Positions 42,423 to 51,324 of a stretch of 64,000 bases of DNA are shown here, in pieces (position 1 is the first letter of the stretch; the number at the start of each line of letters is the position of its first letter). This DNA comes from Desulfobacterales bacterium (GTDB taxonomy: Bacteria > Desulfobacterota > Desulfobacteria > Desulfobacterales > UBA5852), in contig CAXXVS010000003.1 of assembly GCA_963674755.2 (NCBI GenBank), forward strand, positions 2,720,001-2,784,000, given 5' to 3'. The notes below the pieces were generated by a model. That model saw nothing but the letters and a program-made list of their open reading frames with translations, ran no database searches and had not been told where the DNA came from. The translations under genes and the position numbers were made by a program.

Positions 42423-43415
42423 TTGAAAACGAGAAGTGTCTGCCTGACCGGCATCGAGCAGGTGGGGATCCAAACGCGGGATCTGGACATCGCCGAAGAT
42501 GAAGTCCTCGTCAAAAGCCATATGAGCGGTATTTGCGGCTCGGACAAAAACCTGTATCAGGGGATCGTTCCGCCCGGCGGTGGATTGAATACGGAAATGC
42601 GCAAAGCCTTCGTGTATCCGTTCTTCATCGGCCACGAGGGCGCCGGGGAAGTGGTTGCCGTTGGAAAAGCGGTGCGGAAGCTGTCCGTCGGTGACCGGGT
42701 CATGTCCTTTGGATGGATCGAAACCTGCTCCGAGTATTTCAAGGCCCTGGAGGAAGACCTGGAAATCGTGCCCGGCGGATTGGACATGGACCTGGCCAGC
42801 CTGGGAGAGCCGACGGCCTGTGCGGTGTTTTCGGCCCTCAACTCGGGGGTGCAATTGGGCGATGTGGTGGCCGTCGTGGGAATGGGTTTTGCCGGGCAGA
42901 TCATTGCCCAGGCGGCGAAGAAAAAGGGCGCTTACCAGACCATCGGGGTCGATGTCGTGGACGGGAAACTGGAACTGGCACGCTCCCTCGGGCTAGACCA
43001 TGCGATCAACGCCGCCAAGGACGATCCCCTGGCGGCTATTCTGGACATCACGGACGGCAAGGGCGCGGACGTTGTCGTTGAAGCGGCCGGTACCCAGGAC
43101 GCCGTCAATCTCTGCTCTACCGCCGTTCGCCACAACGGAACCATCGTGTTCTACAGCTGGATTACGCAGGACATCACGGTCAATATTTCGCGCTGGCACA
43201 ACAACAGCCTGACCGTGGTCAACACCGGCCTCGTCCATCACGGCATCCGCCAGCGCAGCATCTGGACGCCCTCGGCCTTGCGGCCCGTCCTTCAAGCGCA
43301 ACTTAATATTGATGCCCTGATCACGCATCGGTTCCCCCTGAGTCAGGCCCAGGAGGCCTTTCGAACGGCAGCCGAGGATTCGTCGGCCATCAAGGTCATG
43401 GTGGTTCCCGACTGA
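42423..43415 (+). CDS. Zn-dependent medium-chain dehydrogenase (sorbitol/threonine dehydrogenase-like)
   Basis: SGICGSD, GHEGAG, EP, GMGFAG; lacks the structural-Zn Cys lobe; TTG start after AGGAG. Confidence 0.88.
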   Translation: MKTRSVCLTGIEQVGIQTRDLDIAEDEVLVKSHMSGICGSDKNLYQGIVPPGGGLNTEMRKAFVYPFFIGHEGAGEVVAVGKAVRKLSVGDRVMSFGWIETCSEYFKALEEDLEIVPGGLDMDLASLGEPTACAVFSALNSGVQLGDVVAVVGMGFAGQIIAQAAKKKGAYQTIGVDVVDGKLELARSLGLDHAINAAKDDPLAAILDITDGKGADVVVEAAGTQDAVNLCSTAVRHNGTIVFYSWITQDITVNISRWHNNSLTVVNTGLVHHGIRQRSIWTPSALRPVLQAQLNIDALITHRFPLSQAQEAFRTAAEDSSAIKVMVVPD

Positions 43416-43569
43416 GCCCGCTTAGAAAAACCGTACGCCAATGATCGGTTCGTGCAGGACATCGGGAGGTGCCCTGGGCACGAACCTTCAGACCACACGC
43501 CCAAGGGCTTCACAGCGTCCGTGTTCGCCGAGCGCCTTCGGCGGCAACGGTGGCGGAATCCACTCATAA

Positions 43570-44583
43570 ATGAAATCAAGGCCCTCATATTTGCCGGACT
43601 GGATCGTTCGGTACTGGTTTTTTCTGGGCATCGCCCTGGTGGTGCCGGCGGCGCTTGCGATTCCCGAGGCCGGCACCTGGCTGCGACGCTGGCATATTCT
43701 GCAGATCGGCATATTCAGCGTATTTTTGATCACCGGATTGACCATCGAGTTTTCACTCGCCAAGGGCGCCGGGAAGCACTTGACAGCCGTAACGGCTTCG
43801 CTCTTCTCTTCGCTGGTGATGTTTCCCGCGCTGACATGGCTGCTGTCCCGGGGCTTCTTCGCCGGCATGTCCGATTTCATGGTGGGTGCCCTGATCCTGG
43901 CCGTCGCGCCGGCGACCATCGCCTCCGGGGCGGTGATGACCGGCCTCGCCGGCGGCAACATTCCCCTGAGCCTGTTTATCTGCATTGCGGGCAATATCGC
44001 CGCCATCTTCACGGTACCGGTTTCGCTCGATATCCTGATCCATGGGCAAGCGGCGGTTGCCCTGCCGGTGGTCCGGATGATCAGCAATCTGTTCATGATC
44101 ATCATTGTGCCCATCGCCATCGGGCAGGTTCTGCGGATGCGCCTGAAAGATTCGCTGGCCCCTTTTCGGAAGGGCTTTTCGGTCTTCTCCCAGTTGGTCG
44201 TCCTGATGATCATTTTCAATGCGGTGACCAGTTCGGCGGCGCGCCTGGGCTCGGCAGGCGCCCAACTTGGATCGCTACTGGCATTTGTGGTTTTGCTGCA
44301 TGGGATGGTCCTGGCATTGAATTTTGGAATCTCGCGCTTGATTGGCCTGGACCGTCCGGCCACAGCGGCATTCACCATCCAAACCTCACAAAAGACGCTG
44401 ACCGTTTCCTACCTCGTGTGGGCCGGCTATTTTGCCGTCGACTATCCCATGGCGGTGATACCCGCTATCGGCTACCATTTGACTCAGATGGTGGCCGATA
44501 CGCTCCTGGCCCATCGTTTGCGAAGTTGGATTGGCAGCCGAGGTACGTCCGCGAACAGCCGCCTGCCGGCGGATACCCGGTAA
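43570..44583 (+). CDS. Bile acid:sodium symporter (BASS) family transporter
   Basis: PATIASG, AGGN, SQKTL, YHLTQ; multiple TM segments. Confidence 0.85.
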   Translation: MKSRPSYLPDWIVRYWFFLGIALVVPAALAIPEAGTWLRRWHILQIGIFSVFLITGLTIEFSLAKGAGKHLTAVTASLFSSLVMFPALTWLLSRGFFAGMSDFMVGALILAVAPATIASGAVMTGLAGGNIPLSLFICIAGNIAAIFTVPVSLDILIHGQAAVALPVVRMISNLFMIIIVPIAIGQVLRMRLKDSLAPFRKGFSVFSQLVVLMIIFNAVTSSAARLGSAGAQLGSLLAFVVLLHGMVLALNFGISRLIGLDRPATAAFTIQTSQKTLTVSYLVWAGYFAVDYPMAVIPAIGYHLTQMVADTLLAHRLRSWIGSRGTSANSRLPADTR

Positions 44584-44644
44584 CGCTGTGGCCCGTCCGA
44601 GGATTTTAGGTAAAGCAGGGTCGGGAAAAAGGGATTGGAAGAAA

Positions 44645-46003
44645 ATGACCGAACCTTGGGGAAAAAAGACCGGCGATCAGTTGCAGCGACTGCGCGCGCA
44701 TGCACGATTCATTTTCGAGGCCGGCCTCGAAGCAGTGAATCCCCGCACCTGTGTTGAACGCGCGTTGCAGCCGACGATGGCGGTCGGCTTGCAGGCCGCC
44801 ATGGCCGAAGCGGCCGCGCGCGGTCGAATCTTCGTGGTCGGCGGAGGGAAAGCATCGGCCCTCATGGCACAGGCGATCGAAGAGCGGTTCGGCAACGGCA
44901 TCGCCGGCGGTGCGGTGGTGGTCAAGTACGGCCACGGCGTGCCGCTCAAGCATATCCAGGTGATCGAGGCCGCGCACCCGGTACCTGACCGCGCGGGGCT
45001 GGGCGGCGCCGAAGCGGTGCTGGATATGGCATATCGGGCGGCGGCCGGTGACCTGCTACTGTGTCTGATATCGGGCGGTGCATCGGCGTTGCTGCCGCTG
45101 CCCGCCAGTGGCATCACGCTGGCGGACAAACAGAAGACGACCTCGCTCCTGCTGGCTGCCGGCAGCACCATCCATGAAATCAATGCCATCCGCAAGCACC
45201 TCTCGCGCATCAAAGGCGGCGGCCTTGCCCTGGCAGCGGCCCCGGCCCGGGTGCTGTCCCTCATCCTGTCGGATGTGGTCGGCGACGATCTCGACGTGAT
45301 CGGGTCGGGCCTGACCGTGCCGGACCGTACCACCTTTGCCGACGGACTCCGGATTCTGGACAAATACGCGCTCCGCGACGCGGTCCCGCCGCCGGTCCGG
45401 GAGCGGTTCGTGCAAGGCGCTGCCGGACGGATCCCCGATACTCCCAAGCCGGGCGCCCCGGATTTTGCAAACGTGGTCAATCAGATCATTGGCAGCAATT
45501 TTCTTGCCCTGGAGGCCGCCGCCGCCAAAGCGGAAGAACTGGGCTATCGCCCGTTGATTCTGTCGTCCATGATCGAGGGCGATGCGCGTCAGGCAGCCCT
45601 TTTTATCAGTCGCATCGCCCGCGAGGTCCGGCGTTCGAGAAACCCGGTCGCGCCTCCGGCCTGCATTTTATGCGGCGGCGAAACCACCGTGAATGTGCAA
45701 GGCGGCGGCCTGGGTGGGCGCTGCACGGAAATGGCCCTGGCGGCGGCCCTGGATCTGGCCGGTCTGGCCGGAACTGTCATGCTTTGTGCCGGGACCGACG
45801 GTACGGACGGGCCCACCGATGCGGCCGGGGCGTTCGTCGACGGCGCGACCGTCGAACGGGCGGCTGGCCTGGAAATGCGGCCGGCGCCGTATCTGGCCGA
45901 CAACGACGCTTATCGGTTCTTTCATCGGCTGGAAGACCTGCTCGTCACCGGCCCGACACGTACCAATGTCATGGACCTCCAGATCGTGCTCGTCGATGCC
46001 TGA
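44645..46003 (+). CDS. Glycerate kinase type 2 (MOFRL / TtuD family)
   Basis: GGGKAS, AAHPVPD, ISGGASAL, RKHLSRIKGG, GGETTV, GTDGTDG, TGPTRTNVMD. Confidence 0.92.
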   Translation: MTEPWGKKTGDQLQRLRAHARFIFEAGLEAVNPRTCVERALQPTMAVGLQAAMAEAAARGRIFVVGGGKASALMAQAIEERFGNGIAGGAVVVKYGHGVPLKHIQVIEAAHPVPDRAGLGGAEAVLDMAYRAAAGDLLLCLISGGASALLPLPASGITLADKQKTTSLLLAAGSTIHEINAIRKHLSRIKGGGLALAAAPARVLSLILSDVVGDDLDVIGSGLTVPDRTTFADGLRILDKYALRDAVPPPVRERFVQGAAGRIPDTPKPGAPDFANVVNQIIGSNFLALEAAAAKAEELGYRPLILSSMIEGDARQAALFISRIAREVRRSRNPVAPPACILCGGETTVNVQGGGLGGRCTEMALAAALDLAGLAGTVMLCAGTDGTDGPTDAAGAFVDGATVERAAGLEMRPAPYLADNDAYRFFHRLEDLLVTGPTRTNVMDLQIVLVDA

Positions 46004-46147
46004 TGGCCGCGCCCGCGCGGCTGCAGGCCACCGCCCATGAAGTGATCATGACCGATCTGCACATGTTTGTGTATGGCATTATTGACTCTGTTTGTGTTTG
46101 CTTTGCCGTTCTGTGGAAGAGGGGCTGAACAATTTGGAAAATTGATT

Positions 46148-46157
46148 TTGTAAACAA
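46148..46157. promoter_or_regulatory. TTGTAAACAA, near match to the GntR operator core upstream of panB
   Basis: One mismatch from TTGTATACAA at 38426-38435. Confidence 0.45.
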
Positions 46158-46185
46158 TCGACTCAACAAGCGAAAGGATCGAAGA

Positions 46186-47043
46186 ATGAAGCAAAAGAAA
46201 TTGACCCGTTTCGACCTCCAGTCCATGAAGGAAAAGGGCGAACCTGTCGCCTGGCTCACCGCCTATGACTTTCCGACGGCGCAACTTGCGGAAGCGGCCG
46301 GCCTCGATATGCTCCTGGTCGGGGATTCCCTTGGCATGTGCGTCTATGGGTATCCGGGAACGGTCGGCGTAACCATGGACCAATGCCTGTGCCATTGCGA
46401 GGCGGTACGGCGCGCCGCGCCGAACACCTTTATTATCGGCGACATGCCTTTTCTTTCCTACCAGACCAGTGTTCCCGATGCCGTGACCAACGCCGGCATG
46501 TTTCATAAAAAGGCCAACGTCGATGCCATCAAACTCGAAGGTGGGCGCCGGGTTTGCCCCCAGATTCAGGCCATTTCAGACGGCGGCATGCTCGTTATGG
46601 GGCATATTGGGCTCACGCCCCAGAGTTCCGGGCAATTGGGCGGATTCAAAGCCCAGGGGAGAACCATGGAGACCGCCCGGGAACTGATCGAGGATGCCAA
46701 GGCCATCCAGTCGGCCGGCGCATTTGCCCTGCTGGTGGAGGCGGTGCCGCCGGAAGTCTGCCGCATCATTCGGGACACCCTCACCATACCGGTCTACAGT
46801 ATCGGCGCCGGCGTGGAAGCGGACGGACAATTGATGATCGTCAGCGATCTTCTGGGGGTATTCCAGGCCTTCACTCCCAAATTCGTTAAAAAATACGCGG
46901 ATGTCGCCGGTGTGATGACCGATGCTTTTGCGGCGTATGTCAAAGATGTCCGCGATCGCTCGTTTCCCGCGGCCGAACACACCTACCGAATGGTGGCGGG
47001 TGAACTGGAGAAACTCGATTCCTGCCTGAAAACGAATCAATAG
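46186..47043 (+). CDS. panB: 3-methyl-2-oxobutanoate hydroxymethyltransferase (PanB family)
   Basis: LTAYD, LVGDSLGM, GDMPFLSY, KLEGG, GHIGLTPQ, IGAG. Confidence 0.92.
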   Translation: MKQKKLTRFDLQSMKEKGEPVAWLTAYDFPTAQLAEAAGLDMLLVGDSLGMCVYGYPGTVGVTMDQCLCHCEAVRRAAPNTFIIGDMPFLSYQTSVPDAVTNAGMFHKKANVDAIKLEGGRRVCPQIQAISDGGMLVMGHIGLTPQSSGQLGGFKAQGRTMETARELIEDAKAIQSAGAFALLVEAVPPEVCRIIRDTLTIPVYSIGAGVEADGQLMIVSDLLGVFQAFTPKFVKKYADVAGVMTDAFAAYVKDVRDRSFPAAEHTYRMVAGELEKLDSCLKTNQ

Positions 47044-47056
47044 AAAGGTACGATTA

Positions 47057-47818
47057 ATGTTAATTGACGCAGAAAAGTGCATTGGCTGTGGCAATTGTGT
47101 TGCCTATTGTCCGGTTGAAGCGATCAGCCTCAGCAAGCGACCTGAGCCGCAAAGCGCAAAAGGGAAGGATCGCCTGGCGGTCATCGATCTTGAAGAATGC
47201 GCTGAATGCGGCGTCTGCCTGCGGTCCGCCAAATGTCCGACCGACGCCATCTACCAGCAACCGCTGGTCTATCCGCGAACCGTCCGCAGCCTGATGAGCG
47301 ACGTGTTGACCATTGCCGAGGAGTCTCAGATTTCCGGCCGGGGCACCGAAGAGATGAAGACCAATGAGGTGACCGGCCGGTTCAAGCCCGGAATCGTCGG
47401 TGTGGCCATCGAGGTCGGACGACCCATAACGGGCACACGCATGGTCGACGTGGAAAAGATCGCCATGGCGGTCTGCGCCCTGAATGTCGATTTTGAGTCG
47501 TGCAATCCGGTGACCAGCATGATGACCGATCCCCGGCGCGGAAAGTTCAGGGACGATCTGCTCAATGAGAAGGTGCTCTCCGCCATCCTTGAGTTTGCCG
47601 TGAAGCTGGAACAGCTGCCCGAATTGTTTTCAATCTTGAAAAAAGTGGAAAAGGAGATCGATTCGGTCTTCAGTCTCGATCTTGCCTGCCGGCTGGATGC
47701 GGACGGCTCCAATCCCACGCGGCCTTATATCGCAGACGCCGGACTCTGGGTCGCGCCGAATGGGAAAACCAATGTCGGTCTGGGACGGCCGCTACTCGTG
47801 GAGGATGAACAGAGATGA
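47057..47818 (+). CDS. 2x[4Fe-4S] ferredoxin-domain protein with uncharacterised C-terminal domain (copy 2)
   Basis: CIGCGNCVAYCP, CAECGVC...CP; GRGTEEMKTNEVT, EKVLSAILEF, NGKTNVGLGRP. Confidence 0.88.
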   Translation: MLIDAEKCIGCGNCVAYCPVEAISLSKRPEPQSAKGKDRLAVIDLEECAECGVCLRSAKCPTDAIYQQPLVYPRTVRSLMSDVLTIAEESQISGRGTEEMKTNEVTGRFKPGIVGVAIEVGRPITGTRMVDVEKIAMAVCALNVDFESCNPVTSMMTDPRRGKFRDDLLNEKVLSAILEFAVKLEQLPELFSILKKVEKEIDSVFSLDLACRLDADGSNPTRPYIADAGLWVAPNGKTNVGLGRPLLVEDEQR

Positions 47819-48447
47819 CCCATACACTGCATCGATTGGGCACGGATGAAAGTATACTGAAACAAGACTTTGTAATGCTGGCGATGCCGTCCAAGGATAT
47901 CAACCATGTCGGATCCGCGCCGAAACTGAGACGCTTTTTTGAAATTGCCTTGGAAGCGGGTGCGATAAAAATAGGCGATTGTCGTAGCGGCAATGAGTAC
48001 TATCAGGGCGGTGTCGATAAGATTCTGGAAAATGTCGAAGACCGTGCCGTCATCCACGCTGTTTTCAAGGACAAAGACGCGGTTATTGCCGCGTTGAAGC
48101 AGTTGAAAAAAGAAGATCTGGGAATGTCGATCGTGGTTTCCGGACTTTTCAGTGAGGTCGACACGATCTGCCAATGCGCCGACCTAAAGCCGCACACGAT
48201 TAACCAGTCGCTGGGGCGCTGGGGCAAAACGGATAAACTGCCCCAAACCGAGATCGTTGAAATTCAAACGATGTGCGGCCATGGAATGGTTTCGGTCAAT
48301 CTTATCAACAAGGCCGTGGATCGGATCAAGGCCGGTAAGACAACGCCTGAAAAAGCGGCCGAAACGCTTTTCAAACCCTGCATGTGCGGCATTTTCAATC
48401 CCCACCGGGCCGCATTGTTGCTCCGGTCGCTCGCTTCGGGGGAATGA
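47815..48447 (+). CDS. Uncharacterised Cys/His-motif partner protein (copy 2)
   Basis: MTHTLHR, MCGHG, CMCGIFN; ATGA overlap with the upstream gene. Confidence 0.85.
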   Translation: MTHTLHRLGTDESILKQDFVMLAMPSKDINHVGSAPKLRRFFEIALEAGAIKIGDCRSGNEYYQGGVDKILENVEDRAVIHAVFKDKDAVIAALKQLKKEDLGMSIVVSGLFSEVDTICQCADLKPHTINQSLGRWGKTDKLPQTEIVEIQTMCGHGMVSVNLINKAVDRIKAGKTTPEKAAETLFKPCMCGIFNPHRAALLLRSLASGE

Positions 48448-48579
48448 GAAGAACATTTTGCCGTCGTAGCATGTAACGCTAAAATCTGACCTCGAATTTT
48501 GCTCCCGCTGCTTGCCGCGGCGGGATCAGAATTCCGCTGATCCGTGCAAAGCGCCAGGCAGAGGCTGGAGGTCGGAGCC

Positions 48580-48624
48580 GGAATTCCTAAGTCCCCGGCA
48601 GCTTGCTGCCGGGATTGGAATTCC
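48580..48624. repeat. REP-like palindrome CCCGGCAGC-TT-GCTGCCGGG flanked by GGAATTCC
   Basis: Direct reading of the sequence. Confidence 0.5.
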
Positions 48625-48709
48625 AGTGTTTTGCTGCTTTAGTCGTCGCGCGGACCCCCCGCCGGATCCCCTAAGCGCTTTATCCTCAACGTTAAATTAC
48701 CGACAACCA

Positions 48710-48848
48710 GTCGCAAAACTTGTCGACCCCCTTTGTCAGGATTTTCTGCCAAACCCTTCCCGGATGATAACCGCCTAAAAAAGCGGCCACCCCTTGAGGT
48801 GTACCGCTTTGTTGTTAAACTTGATGGAGGGTTGGAGCGAGCGGATTT
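48710..48848. repeat. Degenerate copy of the tRNA-Pro 3' end and downstream flank (att-like islet boundary)
   Basis: 48777-48801 is identical (25 bp) to 53323-53347; 48830-48848 matches tRNA 3' end 53374-53392 at 16/19; weaker similarity extends ~70 bp further. Confidence 0.75.
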
Positions 48849-48885
48849 CGCTTGCTGAACGGTCGTTTAACGATGGAGGTCTTTC

Positions 48886-50064
48886 ATGAATGCTGCCTCA
48901 TCAACGGTAATTGAAACCAAAATCAATGCCTTTCAGAAAATCCATGCCGAGTTTAAAGACATTTTAAAGCACGAGAAGTGTCGTACCTGTTCATGCCTGC
49001 ATGCCGACGTGCTGAATATTCTTCTCGAAAAGATCAGGACATTTCGAAAAAGCGAAGCGGATCGTCGTTTGGTCGTGATCGAAAATGATTTCGAGCGCTG
49101 GGCCAATGATGCCGACATGTTGAAGATGCATGGCTGACTGGGGTGCCGCCCCTGTCTGCCGGTTCCGGCATACAACACCTTCAACGCGCTATTTGATGGC
49201 CTCAATGGGGAAGCTTATGCGCCCGCTCCGCCCTTGCGGACCGAGCGAATCCGGCCGGATGAATTTGCGGCCGATAACTGGCCGGTGCAGCCCGGGGATT
49301 ATGTCGTGTTAAATCCCAAAAAATCGGCGGCCATAGCTGTATTGGGAGGCGTCGATTTCGATGGGCCGGCATCGGGCTTGGTTGGATCCGAGATCGCCAT
49401 CATGGGCGGCATCACCACGGAAAACCTGGGTGTGGAGCACCTTGTCAAAAACATCATCGCGAATCCCTTCATCCGCCATCTGGTGATATGGGGCGAGGAT
49501 GTGGACGGTCATCGGCCCGGCGATGCGCTGCTTTGCTTGTCACACAACGGCATTGATAAGCCCGGGAGAATCATCGGTGCCCATGGGGCCAGGCCGGTCT
49601 TGAAGAACATCACGGACCAAGAGGTTGCCCATTTCAGGCGGCAGATTACGATTGTTGATTTGATCGGCAGGAAAGAAGTGGACGACCTGACCGGACAGTT
49701 TGCCGCGTTGCGGCGCCGGCCGGTCCAACCTTACGAGGCCGGCCTCAAAGTCGACTCGGTCGAGATCCGGAGGGCCGCGCCCGCCCGGCGCCTGAAACTC
49801 GATCCGAACGGCTATTTTGTCGTCATGGTGATGAAGAACAGGGAACATCCTTTGCTGGTGGAACATTACGGCAACGACGGCATTCTCCGAAACCTGATCG
49901 AAGGCAAGGATGCCGCGAGTATCTGTGCCACATTGATTGAGAAGAACCTTCTCTCCCAACTGGACCATGCGGCTTACCTGGGCCGGGAGCTGGCCAAAGC
50001 CGAGCTGTCCATCCACATGCAATCCCGCTATACGCAGGACCGGGCGCAGGGCGAATTGCTTTAA
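48886..50064 (+). CDS. Putative selenoprotein (392 aa, Sec84): Cys/Sec-rich N-terminal domain + MtrA-like corrinoid-binding domain + DUF4346-like C-terminus
   Basis: ORFs 48886-49137 and 49234-50064 are in frame with only the UGA at 49135-49137 between them, giving HG-U-LGCRPCLP; MtrA motifs TENLG...NP.IR.L...GH..G...GRIIGA.GA.P; DPNGYF and QLDHAAYLGRELAKAE...YTQD. Confidence 0.8.
49153..49174 (+). promoter_or_regulatory. Putative bacterial SECIS element
   Basis: TGTCTGCCG-GTTC-CGGCATACA hairpin; apical loop begins with GU, 24 nt after the UGA; extendable by GGTG 49142-49145 / CACC 49176-49179. Confidence 0.7.
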
Positions 50065-50213
50065 GTTGCCCGACCACAACGCAGGACAAGTAAGCAAGGC
50101 GTCAATAATCTTGTCGGCATAGTTTTGACAACCCCCTGAATAATTGCTTAAATGCCCAAGATGTTCGGCCATCCGACGATCCACATCGCCCACCTCATAT
50201 CAGGGTGCCCGCT

Positions 50214-50360
50214 GTGGACAAAAAGCAGATGTCAGAGCAGGACATATGCTCCAAGTTCATCCCCCAGCCATTTCCGACGCCGGCTGGGACCTCCAGACCC
50301 AAATCCGTGAGGAAGTCACCTTCACCCAGGGCCTCATCATTGTCCGGGGTAAATTTATAG
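50214..50360 (+). pseudogene. hsdR: Frameshifted, truncated 5' remnant of an EcoAI-like type I restriction subunit hsdR
   Basis: GTG start: MDKKQMSEQDICSKFI [1 nt frameshift] PAISDAGWDLQTQIREEVTFTQGLIIVRGK, matching the EcoAI-family HsdR N-terminus as I recall it. Confidence 0.7.
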
Positions 50361-50372
50361 AAGGAGTCCATC

Positions 50373-51260
50373 ATGCCTGAAATCACCCGCCAGAGAGTTG
50401 GAGAGCTTGTCAGAGGCGTTTTCCAGATTCTGATGGAAAATCCTGAGGGTCTGAAGGCGAAAGAGGTTATTCAAAAGCTCGAAGCCCTTGTCCCACCAAC
50501 CCCATTCGAAGACTCGGTCTATCCGAACAACCCGTCAGTCAGACGCCGTGATAAGATCGTCCGCTTTTCGACAATTAATCCGGTGAAGGCAGGATGGATG
50601 ACGAAAGATAGGGGGCTTTGGTCCATCACCGAGGACGGCATAAAGGCCTTTGATGAATTCACTGTCCCTGAGACATTCGCAAGGGAAGCGGGGCGCCTGT
50701 ACAAGAAATGGAAGGATCAACAGCCCGATGAGGAAGAGGTCCCAGATCCCGACGAAGGTGAAACCGGCGCCGCACTGACGCTTGAGGAAGCCGAGGAAGC
50801 CGCCTGGAGCGAGATTGAAGCGCATCTGAGCGAAATGAACCCATATGAGTTTCAGGATTTGGTGGCCGGTCTACTAAGGGCAATGGGGTACCATGTTGCT
50901 TGGGTTTCACCACCAGGACCGGACAAAGGGCTGGACATTCTCGCCCATACGGACCCGCTTGGGATTGCCGGAGCAAGGATAAAGGTTCAGGTAAAACGCC
51001 ATGCTGACCGTGCTCCTGTCCAAGATATACGCTCATTCATGGCCATCTTGGGTGACGGTGATGTGGGTATTTTCGTTTGCAGCGGCGGTTTCACCAAGGA
51101 CGCTGAGCAGGAAGCACGGGGGCAGGAAAGGCGCCGAATCATGCTTTTGGATGCCCGCCGACTATTTGACCTGTGGGTTGAGCATTACGAGAAGATCCCA
51201 GAGCGGCAGCGGCGCCTTATGCCTTTGAGACCGATCTATTTTCTTGCGCCTGATGAATGA
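50373..51260 (+). CDS. mrr: Mrr-family type IV restriction endonuclease
   Basis: N-terminal wHTH-like region (VKAGWM...GLWSITEDG); PYEFQDLV, GPDKGLDI, IKVQVKR, GGFTKDA. Confidence 0.88.
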   Translation: MPEITRQRVGELVRGVFQILMENPEGLKAKEVIQKLEALVPPTPFEDSVYPNNPSVRRRDKIVRFSTINPVKAGWMTKDRGLWSITEDGIKAFDEFTVPETFAREAGRLYKKWKDQQPDEEEVPDPDEGETGAALTLEEAEEAAWSEIEAHLSEMNPYEFQDLVAGLLRAMGYHVAWVSPPGPDKGLDILAHTDPLGIAGARIKVQVKRHADRAPVQDIRSFMAILGDGDVGIFVCSGGFTKDAEQEARGQERRRIMLLDARRLFDLWVEHYEKIPERQRRLMPLRPIYFLAPDE

Positions 51261-51324
51261 GACGGCTGTTTACATTCACTCTTAAATAGTCTCCTATTAA
51301 ACGAATGGGAAAAAGGAAGAAAGC

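Noticed and set aside
43421..43570. TTAGAAAAACCGT resembling the left end of the MITE at 3447
   Set aside because: No matching right inverted repeat or internal similarity
48886..49137. 83 aa ORF and the separate TTG-start ORF 49234-50064 as two genes or a pseudogene
   Set aside because: Same frame, UGA in a Cys-motif position, SECIS-like hairpin, and no clear RBS before 49234; better explained as one selenoprotein
50144..50380. 78 aa ORF upstream of mrr
   Set aside because: Only its 3' half is meaningful, as the frameshifted hsdR remnant
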